Shown: positions 1 through 8,831 of the stretch, piece by piece
Position numbering within the stretch: the stretch's first letter is position 1
How the letters are laid out: every line of letters begins with the position of its first letter
The notes under the pieces: model-generated
What the model was told of the DNA's origin: nothing
The model's input: the letters and a program-made list of their open reading frames with translations, nothing else
The model's database searches: none
Assembly (NCBI GenBank): GCA_946563605.1
Contig: CAMNVW010000001.1
Coordinates: forward strand, 1-48,504
Length of the DNA: 48,504 nt
DNA from: an uncultured Clostridia bacterium
GTDB lineage: Bacteria > Bacillota > Clostridia > Oscillospirales > Ruminococcaceae
Reading direction: 5' to 3'
Made by a program: the position numbers and the translations under genes

Positions 1-168
1 ATCACCCTGACACTGGACAGACGCGGCAGAAAGCTGATTGCCAGAACCCAGTCCGTTTCGGGCGGATGCAGTGTTTATGCAGCAAGTGAGTACATCAGCA
101 ATCCCGATCCACAGCAGTATATTACGGGTGAATTTGCCAGCATCTCGGGTTACATCAAGGTTCGATAA
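1..168 (+). CDS. 3' end of an unidentified CDS (partial)
   Basis: Frame 1 is open from the window edge (ITLTLDRRGRKLIART...GYIKVR*) to TAA at 166-168 and is followed by a terminator hairpin. Confidence 0.55.
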   Translation: MTLTLDRRGRKLIARTQSVSGGCSVYAASEYISNPDPQQYITGEFASISGYIKVR

Positions 169-196
169 AAATAGATTCAGTCATCGGTCGAGTTAG

Positions 197-229
197 CAAA
201 AACGGCAGCAGACAAAGCTGCCGTTTTTG
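197..229 (+). terminator. Rho-independent terminator
   Basis: CAAAAACGGCAGC-agacaaa-GCTGCCGTTTTTG hairpin with T-run. Confidence 0.8.
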
Positions 230-503
230 TTGTCTGCAAAAGAAAACAGAAAATGCAATTTCAGCAAATTAACCATATATATAAAGTAGACAGGCAGAAA
301 AACAGGACGATTTAACGGATAAATTATTTTACAAAGGTAATCTTGACGATAGAATGATATATAAAATATACAATAAATCGGAATATAAAGGGAAATAAAA
401 CAGCGAAAACAAACAAACAAAAATGAGAAAATGTGAAATAGAAAAAAGTTTATTTTGGGGCGGTGAGCGATTAAAATAAAATACAGAAAACAAACTTGGA
501 GGA

Positions 504-1343
504 ATGAAAATGGCAGTTCCAAAGGTGGCTGCAATCCACGACCTATCCGGATTAGGAAAATGTTCGCTGACAGCGGCAATTCCAATCCTATCGATCTGCG
601 GCGTACAGGCAGTTCCAATGGCAACGGCGGTGCTGAGCAATCAGACGGGCTTTGAGAGCTATGCAGGAGCGGATCTCTCGTCCTATCTGCCAGCCATTGC
701 ACAGGAGTGGAAAAAAAGAAAGCTGGAGCTTCAGGGAATCTTTACAGGGTATCTCAGCAGCGAAAGCCAGGTCGAGTGGGTCGCGGAATTTGTTGAAAGC
801 TTTCGGAATGAAAGCACGTTGGTTTTAATTGATCCCGTGATGGGGGACAGAGGAAAATTCTACTGCGGATTTGATGATCGCATATGCCATGCGATGAAAA
901 AGCTTTGCACCAAGGCAGATGTGATTACCCCAAACATTACTGAGGCGCTGATGCTGCTGGGTAAGGATACAAATGAAGCGGAGCAAGACAAAGACCTTCC
1001 CATTGTACAAGGATATGCAAGGGAGCTTTCTAAGTTGGGTCCAAAAACGGTAATCATCACTGGTATCCACAAGGGCGAGGAAATTTGGAACATCGGTTAC
1101 GATGCAAAGAAGGACGATTTCTTTGCGGTGAGCACCCACAGAATCGGAAACGGCTACTCGGGAACAGGCGATATTTTATCGTCGGTAATCTGCGGCTGCA
1201 TGGTGCGCGGAGAAACCGCAGAGCAAGCATTGACAAAAGCAGTGCGGTTATTAGAAGTGTCCATTGAGGAAACGATGCGGGATGGCACCGACCCCAACGA
1301 GGGGATCGCGTTCGAGCATCATCTCAAACTATTGATGGAGTAG
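504..1343 (+). CDS. pdxK: Pyridoxal/pyridoxamine kinase (ribokinase fold)
   Basis: Motifs HDLSGLGKCSL, TGYL, IDPVMGD, ITPNITEA and GTGD; GGAGG RBS upstream. Confidence 0.9.
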   Translation: MKMAVPKVAAIHDLSGLGKCSLTAAIPILSICGVQAVPMATAVLSNQTGFESYAGADLSSYLPAIAQEWKKRKLELQGIFTGYLSSESQVEWVAEFVESFRNESTLVLIDPVMGDRGKFYCGFDDRICHAMKKLCTKADVITPNITEALMLLGKDTNEAEQDKDLPIVQGYARELSKLGPKTVIITGIHKGEEIWNIGYDAKKDDFFAVSTHRIGNGYSGTGDILSSVICGCMVRGETAEQALTKAVRLLEVSIEETMRDGTDPNEGIAFEHHLKLLME

Positions 1344-1442
1344 AAGCTATAAAAGCGAGACAATGATTGATATAGGAGCACAGTCGAGAAACAGGCGATT
1401 GCTCAAACGAAAATACGGTGGATTTAGGGAGGAATCTTTTAT

Positions 1443-1958
1443 ATGAAGATACATGAAAAACAAAGAAATCTGACATGGAGCGCCATGTTTGCGGCGGTAA
1501 TCATGCTGATGACCGTTTATCTTTTCCACATTCCGATTGGTTCGAACGGCGGATATCTCCACTTTGGGGATGCGTTTATTTATCTGGTGGCGTGCTTTCT
1601 GCCGATGCCATACGCCTGTGCGGCAGCTGCAATCGGCGGTGGTTTAGCAGATATGATGTCCGGTTCGATGATCTGGGTCATTCCAACGATGATCATTAAG
1701 CCACTGACAGCGTTATGGTTTACCAACAAAACCGAAAAGCTCATCAGCAAACACAATATCATTGCGGTGTTTGGTGCAGGGGTTGTGTCGAACGTTGGTT
1801 ACTATGTAGCGGAAGCTTTGATCGTAGGCAATTGGGTAACTCCTTTGGCAACACAATGGGGCAATGTGATTCAATCCGCCGGCAGCGGCGTGATCTTTGT
1901 TTTGATGGCAGCTGCAATCGACAAACTTGCTTTGAAAAAGAAACTGGTCAACATTTAA
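1443..1958 (+). CDS. ECF transporter S component (TIGR04002-like; probable B6 vitamer uptake)
   Basis: Hydrophobic 171 aa with the GYLHFGDAFIY and GGGLAD motifs typical of S components; lies next to pdxK. Confidence 0.8.
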   Translation: MKIHEKQRNLTWSAMFAAVIMLMTVYLFHIPIGSNGGYLHFGDAFIYLVACFLPMPYACAAAAIGGGLADMMSGSMIWVIPTMIIKPLTALWFTNKTEKLISKHNIIAVFGAGVVSNVGYYVAEALIVGNWVTPLATQWGNVIQSAGSGVIFVLMAAAIDKLALKKKLVNI

Positions 1959-1978
1959 TTGGGAAGAAGGAAAAGAAA

Positions 1979-2581
1979 ATGGCGGATATTTTATACACCT
2001 ACAACAATCAACTCTACATCAATCTGACCAATCAATGTCCTTGTGCCTGCACCTTTTGCATCCGCTCACAGAAAGATGCAATCGGTTCAGCTGACAGTTT
2101 ATGGCTGCAAAAGGATCCGACGGCAGAAGAAGTGGAGGCAGAATTTCAAAAGTACAATCTCGATGATTTTGACGAGGTTGTTTTCTGCGGCTACGGCGAG
2201 CCAATTTGTGCGCTGGACAATCTCATCAAGGTTGCGGATTACATTCACAGCCTGAAAAAAATGAAGGTTCGGGTGAACACGAATGGGTTAGGTGATTTAA
2301 TCCACAACAAACGTGTTGCACCGCTGCTGAAAGGACACGTTGATAGCGTTTCCATCAGCTTGAATGCGCCGACAGCGGCAGAATACAACGCAGTTACCCG
2401 TCCGAAATTCGGCATCCAGTCCTTTGACGCAATGCTGCAATTTGCAAAGGACTGCAAGGAGCAGGGCATCGAAACAAGGTTCACAATTGTAGATGTCATC
2501 GGCAAAGAAGCGGAGGAAAAATCCCGTGAAGTTGCGCAGCGCATCGGGATTCCGCTGCGAGTACGCCATTATCAGGAATAG
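1979..2581 (+). CDS. Radical SAM protein (TIGR04100 / TatD-associated-like)
   Basis: ATG at 1979; LYINLTNQCPCACTFC (CxxxCxxC), EVVFCGYGEP, RVNTNG, SISLNA. Confidence 0.85.
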   Translation: MADILYTYNNQLYINLTNQCPCACTFCIRSQKDAIGSADSLWLQKDPTAEEVEAEFQKYNLDDFDEVVFCGYGEPICALDNLIKVADYIHSLKKMKVRVNTNGLGDLIHNKRVAPLLKGHVDSVSISLNAPTAAEYNAVTRPKFGIQSFDAMLQFAKDCKEQGIETRFTIVDVIGKEAEEKSREVAQRIGIPLRVRHYQE

Positions 2582-2994
2582 CAGAAAAACAACAGGATAC
2601 AGCATAGCACCCTTTCTACAGGCAGTCTTTCTCAGGAGAGATGGTTCCTGGTACAAAGGGTGCTTTTTTGATGGGTTGCTGTATGGGGCGCGTAAATTTC
2701 GGAGGGATATTTTCGGGGAAACAGGGGTACCGAATGGGTGAGAACAGCCTTTTTACACCGAAAAATCCGTCGCTATATTTAGAAAAAATTGGTAAAATCC
2801 AGACAATTTTACGATGGATGACAGGGATGTTTTTTAGTGAAATTAGAACATTTCTCTTTGATATAAAAAATTAGGGCAATTCATACATAAAAAATCCTGT
2901 TTAACAGAATAAAAATAGAAGGTGTACACAATTTTTTACAAAATGTTTTGCCGAACGTTTGGGGAAGAATGGAATTTTAACGGGTTCGATTTCC

Positions 2995-3023
2995 TTGACA
3001 GAAAAAATATGAATGAATATAAT
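2995..3023 (+). promoter_or_regulatory. Consensus sigma-A promoter for the G5-3D gene
   Basis: TTGACA-17 nt-TATAAT, a perfect match. Confidence 0.8.
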
Positions 3024-3097
3024 GGCAACGAACTTGCTAAAATACAAAGGAAAGAGCAGGTTTTGAATTTCATAATTTATGAACAAAGGAGAACAGT

Positions 3098-4210
3098 ATG
3101 CAAAACCTCAGAAGAAAAGCCCACAGATTGATGGAGAAAGTCTCTATGAAAAAAGCTGTGGCCTATGTGTTTTCTGTTGCGATGGCAGCGGTAATCTTTT
3201 GGATGTTTGCCCCCGACGGCAATATGGGAAGCAATCAAAGTGATGATGGGCTTACAGTGGCAGAGTACATCCACAAGGCAGGGGATGTGCTGACGGCTTC
3301 GGCAGATCCGAGAAAATTTACGGGTTCCTCCATCGGGAACTCGATGCTTGCAGAAAGATTTTTGAGCATTTCCAATTCCCAGTCCTCCAAAATCAGCGAG
3401 CTGGCTGAAGAACTGGCGGATCACTATTTGAAACAGGAAGATTTGGCGCAGGAGGATTTGGAAGAGGAAGATTTAGTACATCAAATTTTGAAACAGCAGG
3501 CGCAGGTAAAAGGGGAGTTTACCGAAACAGAAGTGGAAGAAGATTCGGTTATCGAACAAGAACCGATTCCAGAAGAAGAGGAAGACTCCTCAGACGGTGC
3601 GGATAAAGAAACGGGAAAAGAAACAAAGACGGTGGTGGAACAGCAGGTCATCGAGCACGAGGTTCAAATCAGGGAGACCTCGCTTTTACCGCAGGGTCAG
3701 GAACGCATCTTACAATGGGGTGCAGACGGTTTGAAAACGGTGGTCTATGAGCAGCAGCTCGTAAAGGGAGAGGTCCGGGGTCTCAAGATCCTCTCCGAAA
3801 CCATCGACAAAGAGCCGATAACCGAAGTGAAATTGGTGGGTGTTGCCGGAGCGGCAGTATCTCCACTGGATTTTGGAATCGAACTGGATGAACAGGGGGT
3901 TCCCGTCAGTTACAGCAGGGTATTGACCAACCAGATCGCGACCGGATACAATGCCGGAGCAGGTGCTTGGGGTGCTTCCGGTCAAACCTTGTCCGCCGGA
4001 TATGTCGCAGTACATCCGCGGGAAATCCCATACGGCACGAGAATGTATATCACCAGCGCAGACAACAGCTTTGTCTACGGCTTTGCGGTTGCGGCTGACA
4101 CCGGAGTCAGCCTGCTGGGTGATGTGATTGATGTGGATTTATATTATGACACCTACCTTGAGAGCTGCTTAAACGGCAGAAAGTATGTCAACATTTATAT
4201 TTTAGATTAG
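3098..4210 (+). CDS. Membrane-anchored G5 + 3D domain cell-wall protein (YabE/Sps-like)
   Basis: N-terminal TM segment, acidic linker, G5-like repeat (LPQGQERILQWGADG...EPITEVKLVG) and 3D domain (VAVHPREIPYGT, AADTG, IDVDLY). Confidence 0.8.
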   Translation: MQNLRRKAHRLMEKVSMKKAVAYVFSVAMAAVIFWMFAPDGNMGSNQSDDGLTVAEYIHKAGDVLTASADPRKFTGSSIGNSMLAERFLSISNSQSSKISELAEELADHYLKQEDLAQEDLEEEDLVHQILKQQAQVKGEFTETEVEEDSVIEQEPIPEEEEDSSDGADKETGKETKTVVEQQVIEHEVQIRETSLLPQGQERILQWGADGLKTVVYEQQLVKGEVRGLKILSETIDKEPITEVKLVGVAGAAVSPLDFGIELDEQGVPVSYSRVLTNQIATGYNAGAGAWGASGQTLSAGYVAVHPREIPYGTRMYITSADNSFVYGFAVAADTGVSLLGDVIDVDLYYDTYLESCLNGRKYVNIYILD

Positions 4211-4213
4211 CAT

Positions 4214-4248
4214 AAAATGAGCTGTCCCTTGTTGGGACGGCTCATTTT
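4214..4248 (+). terminator. Rho-independent terminator
   Basis: AAAATGAGCTGTCCC-ttgtt-GGGACGGCTCATTTT; a second hairpin AAAAAGCGTTC/GAACGCTTTTT follows at 4262-4287. Confidence 0.8.
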
Positions 4249-4481
4249 GCTATTGTGATTGAAAAAGCGTTCCTGCGAACGCTTTTTTTATTTTTTCAGC
4301 GGATGAAGGGGATTGGGCAAATGAAAAGACAGGAAAAAAGGATATTTTTTTCAAAAAATGTGCGGTTGTTGCACGAAAGGATGCAATTTTTACCGCAAAA
4401 CGGGGTATGGGTAGAAGAGGTAATAGAGGACGACCCCGAACACAAAATCAAAGCCTCTTCAAAAAAAGGAGGTGAGCAAAA

Positions 4482-4955
4482 ATCGAGACGGAAGAAGCGA
4501 AAAGGTTTGCGTACTGGTATTTTCTGCTGCGCGACCCAAACCTTGCCGCCGCGAAAGTGGGGATGGAAGATGGAATCCTGCTGCTGAGCGAGCGTAAGGT
4601 ACAAAGCCAGCTGCGCAGGCTGCGCCGGTTATTTGCGAAGGAGTCCCCAGGGGAACTGGCAAAATGGGGATTATGCCGGATGCTGTTTTCTGTTCCTCAG
4701 GTGGATGAGGAGGGAAAGTTGACAGGCGACGGCTTCTCATTGGAAAAGTGTTGCACCGGAAAGGGAACAGAGTACAAATTCTGGGACAAGCTCAAAGCGT
4801 GCGAGCTTTTGATGAAGCTGGAAGAAATGCTCTCCTGCAAGGGAGAAAACACGTTTGAGGGAATCTTATCGGCACTTCAGCAGGGAGCAGCAGGTTTATC
4901 GGACGCAAACTTATCGCAGGAATCAGGGGAAGAGAGAGAAGGTGAGGAAGAATAA
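4482..4955 (+). CDS. Terminase small subunit (divergent Terminase_2-like), probable ATC start
   Basis: Perfect SD AAGGAGGTGA (4466-4475) 6 nt before an in-frame ATC; N-terminal AKRFAYWY...NLAAAKVG...LL HTH-like pattern and C-terminal KFWDKLKACELL; directly upstream of TerL. Confidence 0.7.
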   Translation: METEEAKRFAYWYFLLRDPNLAAAKVGMEDGILLLSERKVQSQLRRLRRLFAKESPGELAKWGLCRMLFSVPQVDEEGKLTGDGFSLEKCCTGKGTEYKFWDKLKACELLMKLEEMLSCKGENTFEGILSALQQGAAGLSDANLSQESGEEREGEEE

Positions 4956-6211
4956 AAAAATTCAGTCAAAAGCAGATGGAACTGCTGAGCTGGTGGTGTC
5001 CTGAAAGCAGGTACGCAAGCTATGACGGCATCATCTGCGACGGTGCGGTGCGAAGCGGCAAAACCATGTGCATGGCGATTTCCTTTTTTGTGTGGAGTAT
5101 GGCAAGCTTTCAGGGACAGAATTTTGCAATCTGCGGCAAAACGATCGCCTCGGTCAGAAGAAACGTCCTTCAGCCGATGCGCAGTGTTTTGAGCGAGATG
5201 GGGTTTGCGTGCAAGGAAAAGGTATCGCGCAATTACATCGAGCTCAGCCATGCGGGCAGAGTGAACCGGTATTATCTCTTTTCGGGCAAGGACGCCGGCA
5301 GTGCAGCTTTAATTCAAGGGATGACCCTCGCCGGTGTTTTGTTTGACGAGGTTGCCTTACAGGATCACAGTTTTGTGGAACAGGCAGCGGCGCGATGCTC
5401 GGTAGAGGGCAGCCGGTTTTGGTTCAACTGCAATCCAGAGCATCCGGGTCATTGGTTTTACACGGAGTGGATCTGCAAAAGGGCAGAAAAGAATTTATGC
5501 TACCTTCATTTTTTAATGGAGGACAACCCTTCTCTCTCCGCAAAGATGCGCAGGCGGTACGAGGGCTTATACAGCGGCAGCTTTTACGAGCGGTTTGTCC
5601 TTGGAAAATGGGTGAGTCCGCAGGGACTGGTCTATCCAATGTTTTCCGCCGAGCGGCATTTGATCCGGCAGGCACCTATCTGCGACAGGTTTTGGGTTTC
5701 CTGCGACTATGGGACGGTGAATCCCTGCTCAATGGGGTTATGGGGGTATTCGGGCGGAAAATACTACCGCTTAAAGGAATACTATTACGATTCCCGAAAG
5801 CAGGGTATCTGCAAAACCGATGAGGAACATTATGCCGCCTTAGAACAGCTGTGCGAAGGAAAGAAAATCGAAGCGGTCATTATAGACCCGAGTGCGGCAA
5901 GCTTTATTGCGTGTATCCGCAGGCATGGGAAATTCCATGTGATACCGGCGCAAAATCAGGTCAGCGAGGGCATCTCGCTGGTAGCTTCCCGATTACAGGA
6001 GGGCAGCCTGCTTTTTAGCGAGGGGTGCAAGGACAGCATACGGGAATTTTCACTTTACCGGTGGAATGAAAGCGCACAGAAGGATGTTCCTATCAAGGAA
6101 AACGACCACGCAATGGACGACATCCGGTACTTTGTGATGGAGGTATGCAGGCACAGGCGCAGCGGATATTTTGCGATTGTACAGCAGCGCAGGACAGGCA
6201 TACAGACTTAA
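4952..6211 (+). CDS. Terminase large subunit (PBSX-type), probable ATA start
   Basis: Walker A DGAVRSGKT, Walker B GVLFDEVA, coupling motif FNCNP, nuclease motifs SCDYG, DPSA and DHAMDDIRY. The N-terminal FSQKQ..L.WW pattern extends upstream of ATG 4976. Confidence 0.92.
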   Translation: MKKFSQKQMELLSWWCPESRYASYDGIICDGAVRSGKTMCMAISFFVWSMASFQGQNFAICGKTIASVRRNVLQPMRSVLSEMGFACKEKVSRNYIELSHAGRVNRYYLFSGKDAGSAALIQGMTLAGVLFDEVALQDHSFVEQAAARCSVEGSRFWFNCNPEHPGHWFYTEWICKRAEKNLCYLHFLMEDNPSLSAKMRRRYEGLYSGSFYERFVLGKWVSPQGLVYPMFSAERHLIRQAPICDRFWVSCDYGTVNPCSMGLWGYSGGKYYRLKEYYYDSRKQGICKTDEEHYAALEQLCEGKKIEAVIIDPSAASFIACIRRHGKFHVIPAQNQVSEGISLVASRLQEGSLLFSEGCKDSIREFSLYRWNESAQKDVPIKENDHAMDDIRYFVMEVCRHRRSGYFAIVQQRRTGIQT

Positions 6212-6225
6212 AGGAGGGAAACAGG

Positions 6226-7440
6226 TTGCAAAATCCGGTATGGAGCTGGAAAAAAAGAAGGGCGGAGAAAAAGGGTCCGCCGGTTGCATACACGGCAAGT
6301 GTGCAGACAGGACAGGTAAAAAGCCACCCATTCGACTTTTTTGAGCGAGTGGGTGCGGTGGATGAACAGGAAAACCGATTATTTGACCAGATTCGTCAGG
6401 CAGTGCCGATCGTGGACGCGTCCATCAACAAAATCATCCGTCTGGTAGGTGGATTTACAGTGAATTGTTCAAACGGGGATGGACAGCGCGAACTGGATGA
6501 GTTCTGCAAGAACATTCAGGTAGGTGCGTCCTCGGTGGGGCTGGAGCAGTTTTTATACTGTTATCTGGACAATCTGCTGACCTACGGCAATGCGGCAGGA
6601 GAGATGATCCCTCTGCGCAGCGGCGACGGAATCGGCGCGCTATACAACATTCCGCTGACCGATATTTTGGTAAAGGAAAGCGAAAATCCCACCCACATGG
6701 ATTTATTCAGCTATCCTGACGGGGTGACGCCGGCGCCGGTTGAGCACCCGGAACGCATCTTATTTAGCGCGCTCAATCCGGCGGCAGGACAGCTCAAAGG
6801 CAGGTCGCTGTTATCGGGGCTGCCGTTTGTATCGTCGGTGCTTTTGAACATCTATCAGTCAATTGGTCAAAATTTTGAACGGATGGGAAACCTGCGTTTT
6901 GCGGTGACCTACAAGCCGCAAGGCGGTGTAGACGGCACATATGCCCGTGAAATTGCGCAGGACATGGCAAATCAATGGGCAGACACGATGCGCGACAGCG
7001 GACAGGTCAAGGATTTTATTGCGGTGGGCGATGTGGACATCCGCGTGATTGGTGCGGACAATCAGGTGATCGACACACAGGTACCGGTGCGGCAGATGCT
7101 GGAACAGATCATTGCAAAGTTAGGTCTACCGCCGTTTATTCTGGGGTTAAGCTGGTCCACGACCGAAAGGATGAGCCAGCAGCAGGCGGAAATTCTGGCA
7201 AGCGAGCTGGAAAGCTACCGCGAAATCTTGACCTCGGTGATCCTGCGTGTATGCAGGTATCATCTGAATCTGAAGGGGCTGGGAGGCAAAATCTCGGTCA
7301 AATGGAAGAATATCAGCATTACCGACGAGGTAGAGCAGGCAAGAGCACAGCTTTTGTCGATGCAGGCAAAACAGATCGAAGCCGCGCTGAATGGCGGACA
7401 AATGGAAGGAGAGGGTGAAGGTGGCGATGAGCCATTATAA
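6226..7440 (+). CDS. Phage portal protein
   Basis: TTG start after AAGGAGG; 404 aa; position after TerL; LLTYGNA..E, GRSLLSGL and IIAKLGLPPFILG patterns. Confidence 0.8.
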   Translation: MQNPVWSWKKRRAEKKGPPVAYTASVQTGQVKSHPFDFFERVGAVDEQENRLFDQIRQAVPIVDASINKIIRLVGGFTVNCSNGDGQRELDEFCKNIQVGASSVGLEQFLYCYLDNLLTYGNAAGEMIPLRSGDGIGALYNIPLTDILVKESENPTHMDLFSYPDGVTPAPVEHPERILFSALNPAAGQLKGRSLLSGLPFVSSVLLNIYQSIGQNFERMGNLRFAVTYKPQGGVDGTYAREIAQDMANQWADTMRDSGQVKDFIAVGDVDIRVIGADNQVIDTQVPVRQMLEQIIAKLGLPPFILGLSWSTTERMSQQQAEILASELESYREILTSVILRVCRYHLNLKGLGGKISVKWKNISITDEVEQARAQLLSMQAKQIEAALNGGQMEGEGEGGDEPL

Positions 7441-8425
7441 AAAGGCAGGAAGTCTTATCTGCAAGGGACTGCACATCGGAGAGGATGACCTTGAGAAAAT
7501 CAACACGCTGACAAGAAGGGAATTTTCCGAGGACGAACTATACTGTTTTCGAGTCGTGCTATGCGACAACGACATCGACCGCGACATGGAGCAGTTTGAC
7601 CAGGACACGCTGGAAGAGCTGGCAAGGCTGTTTGTCGGCAAGACCGGTATCTGTGACCACGAGGCGGCAAGCAGAAACCAGCAGGCGCGAATCTATGAAG
7701 CGGCGGTAGAAAATTTCCCGGGAAAAGTGAACGCGCTGGGTGAGCCTTACTATGCTGTCGTCGCAAAGGCGTACATGGTGCGAACTGAGTCAAACAGGGA
7801 TCTGATTCTGGAAATCGAAGCGGGCATCAAGAAGGAGGTCAGCGTTGGATGCAGCGTTCGTGAAAGCATCTGCTCCATCTGCGGCAAAAACCGCAGTGTC
7901 TGCGAGTGCGGACACGTTGTGGGAGAAGTGTACGACGGGAAGATGTGCTACACGATCCTGCACGGAGCAGCAGACGCCTACGAATGGTCTTTTGTAGCGG
8001 TGCCGGCACAGCGTCAGGCAGGAATTATCAAGAGTGTAAAGTCAACCGTAGCCGCCGCTTCTGATTTTACACAGAGCACTGTGGATACGGTACAGAAGCT
8101 GTGGAAGGCGGCGGAATACAGACGGGGTCTGTGGCTGAGCGAGGCAGAGGTTTTGCAGTTACAGGGCAGGGTGAAAAATCTGATGGAGGACTGCGAACAG
8201 GTGCGCAGGATGACCAGAAAAGAGGTCATGCACGCATTTTACGACAGCGGTGAAATGAACGAAAATATCAACCGCGAGCTTTCCGCGATGCTGGATGAAC
8301 TGAGTGTGGAGCAGATGAGAACCCTCAAAAAGCTCATCCGAAAAGAGACAACAGAGCTGACACGTCCGCAGTTCACACCGCGAAGCGAAGAACAGCTCGA
8401 TTCAGACAAGAGATTTATGATTTAG
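7427..8425 (+). CDS. Prohead protease / scaffold
   Basis: DNDIDRD, ICDH, KEVSVG, CSICG Cys cluster and EWSFVAVPAQ typical of caudoviral maturation proteases; helical C-terminal scaffold-like region. Confidence 0.75.
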   Translation: MSHYKKAGSLICKGLHIGEDDLEKINTLTRREFSEDELYCFRVVLCDNDIDRDMEQFDQDTLEELARLFVGKTGICDHEAASRNQQARIYEAAVENFPGKVNALGEPYYAVVAKAYMVRTESNRDLILEIEAGIKKEVSVGCSVRESICSICGKNRSVCECGHVVGEVYDGKMCYTILHGAADAYEWSFVAVPAQRQAGIIKSVKSTVAAASDFTQSTVDTVQKLWKAAEYRRGLWLSEAEVLQLQGRVKNLMEDCEQVRRMTRKEVMHAFYDSGEMNENINRELSAMLDELSVEQMRTLKKLIRKETTELTRPQFTPRSEEQLDSDKRFMI

Positions 8426-8438
8426 GAGGAATTGTACA

Positions 8439-8783
8439 ATGAAAGACATTTGTTTACAGGGCTACAACAGCAAATACATTACCATGAAATGCGCAGGTGA
8501 GGCAGACGCCGGCGACCTGCTGGTCATGGACAGCAACAACACCGTCAAAAAGGCGGCATCCGGCAAGTTTATTGGTATCCTGCACTCCCTGCGCGGCGAA
8601 TATGCGCTGGTACAGACCGGCGGCTATGCAGTGGTGCCTTATTCGGGGGATACCGCGCCTACCCTTGGTTTTAGCACTCTGGCGGCAGACAGCAACGCGG
8701 ATGCGGTCGTCAACGCGGCAGGCAGGGAAGTTCTGGTCGTAGAAGTGGATACAACCGCAAAGAAAGCCGGCATCCTGTTTTAA
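8439..8783 (+). CDS. Putative head decoration/cement protein
   Basis: 114 aa, Gly/Ala-rich, between protease and major capsid genes. Confidence 0.55.
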   Translation: MKDICLQGYNSKYITMKCAGEADAGDLLVMDSNNTVKKAASGKFIGILHSLRGEYALVQTGGYAVVPYSGDTAPTLGFSTLAADSNADAVVNAAGREVLVVEVDTTAKKAGILF

Positions 8784-8831
8784 CAGGACGCAATTCTTAC
8801 AAGGAAAAATGTTAACATGGAGGAAAGAAAT

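Noticed and set aside
1715-1978. N-terminal extensions in the ORF track (also portal 6145, ftsK 20612, pgm 23714, NERD 27979, kinase 42311, permease 45771)
   Set aside because: Downstream starts have clear SD sequences and match the family N-termini.
2923-2940. WalR-type box upstream of the G5-3D gene
   Set aside because: The half-sites (TGTAAA/TGTACA on the minus strand) are 6 nt apart rather than the canonical 5.
4384-4413. Sigma-F/sigma-B-like promoter (GCAAT...GGGTAT) for the particle cluster
   Set aside because: The -35 match is too weak to call by eye.
4255-4604. ORFs 4255-4587 (+) and 4296-4604 (-) as a cluster regulator
   Set aside because: No RBS or recognisable domain; they run through terminator hairpins or overlap the better-supported terS.
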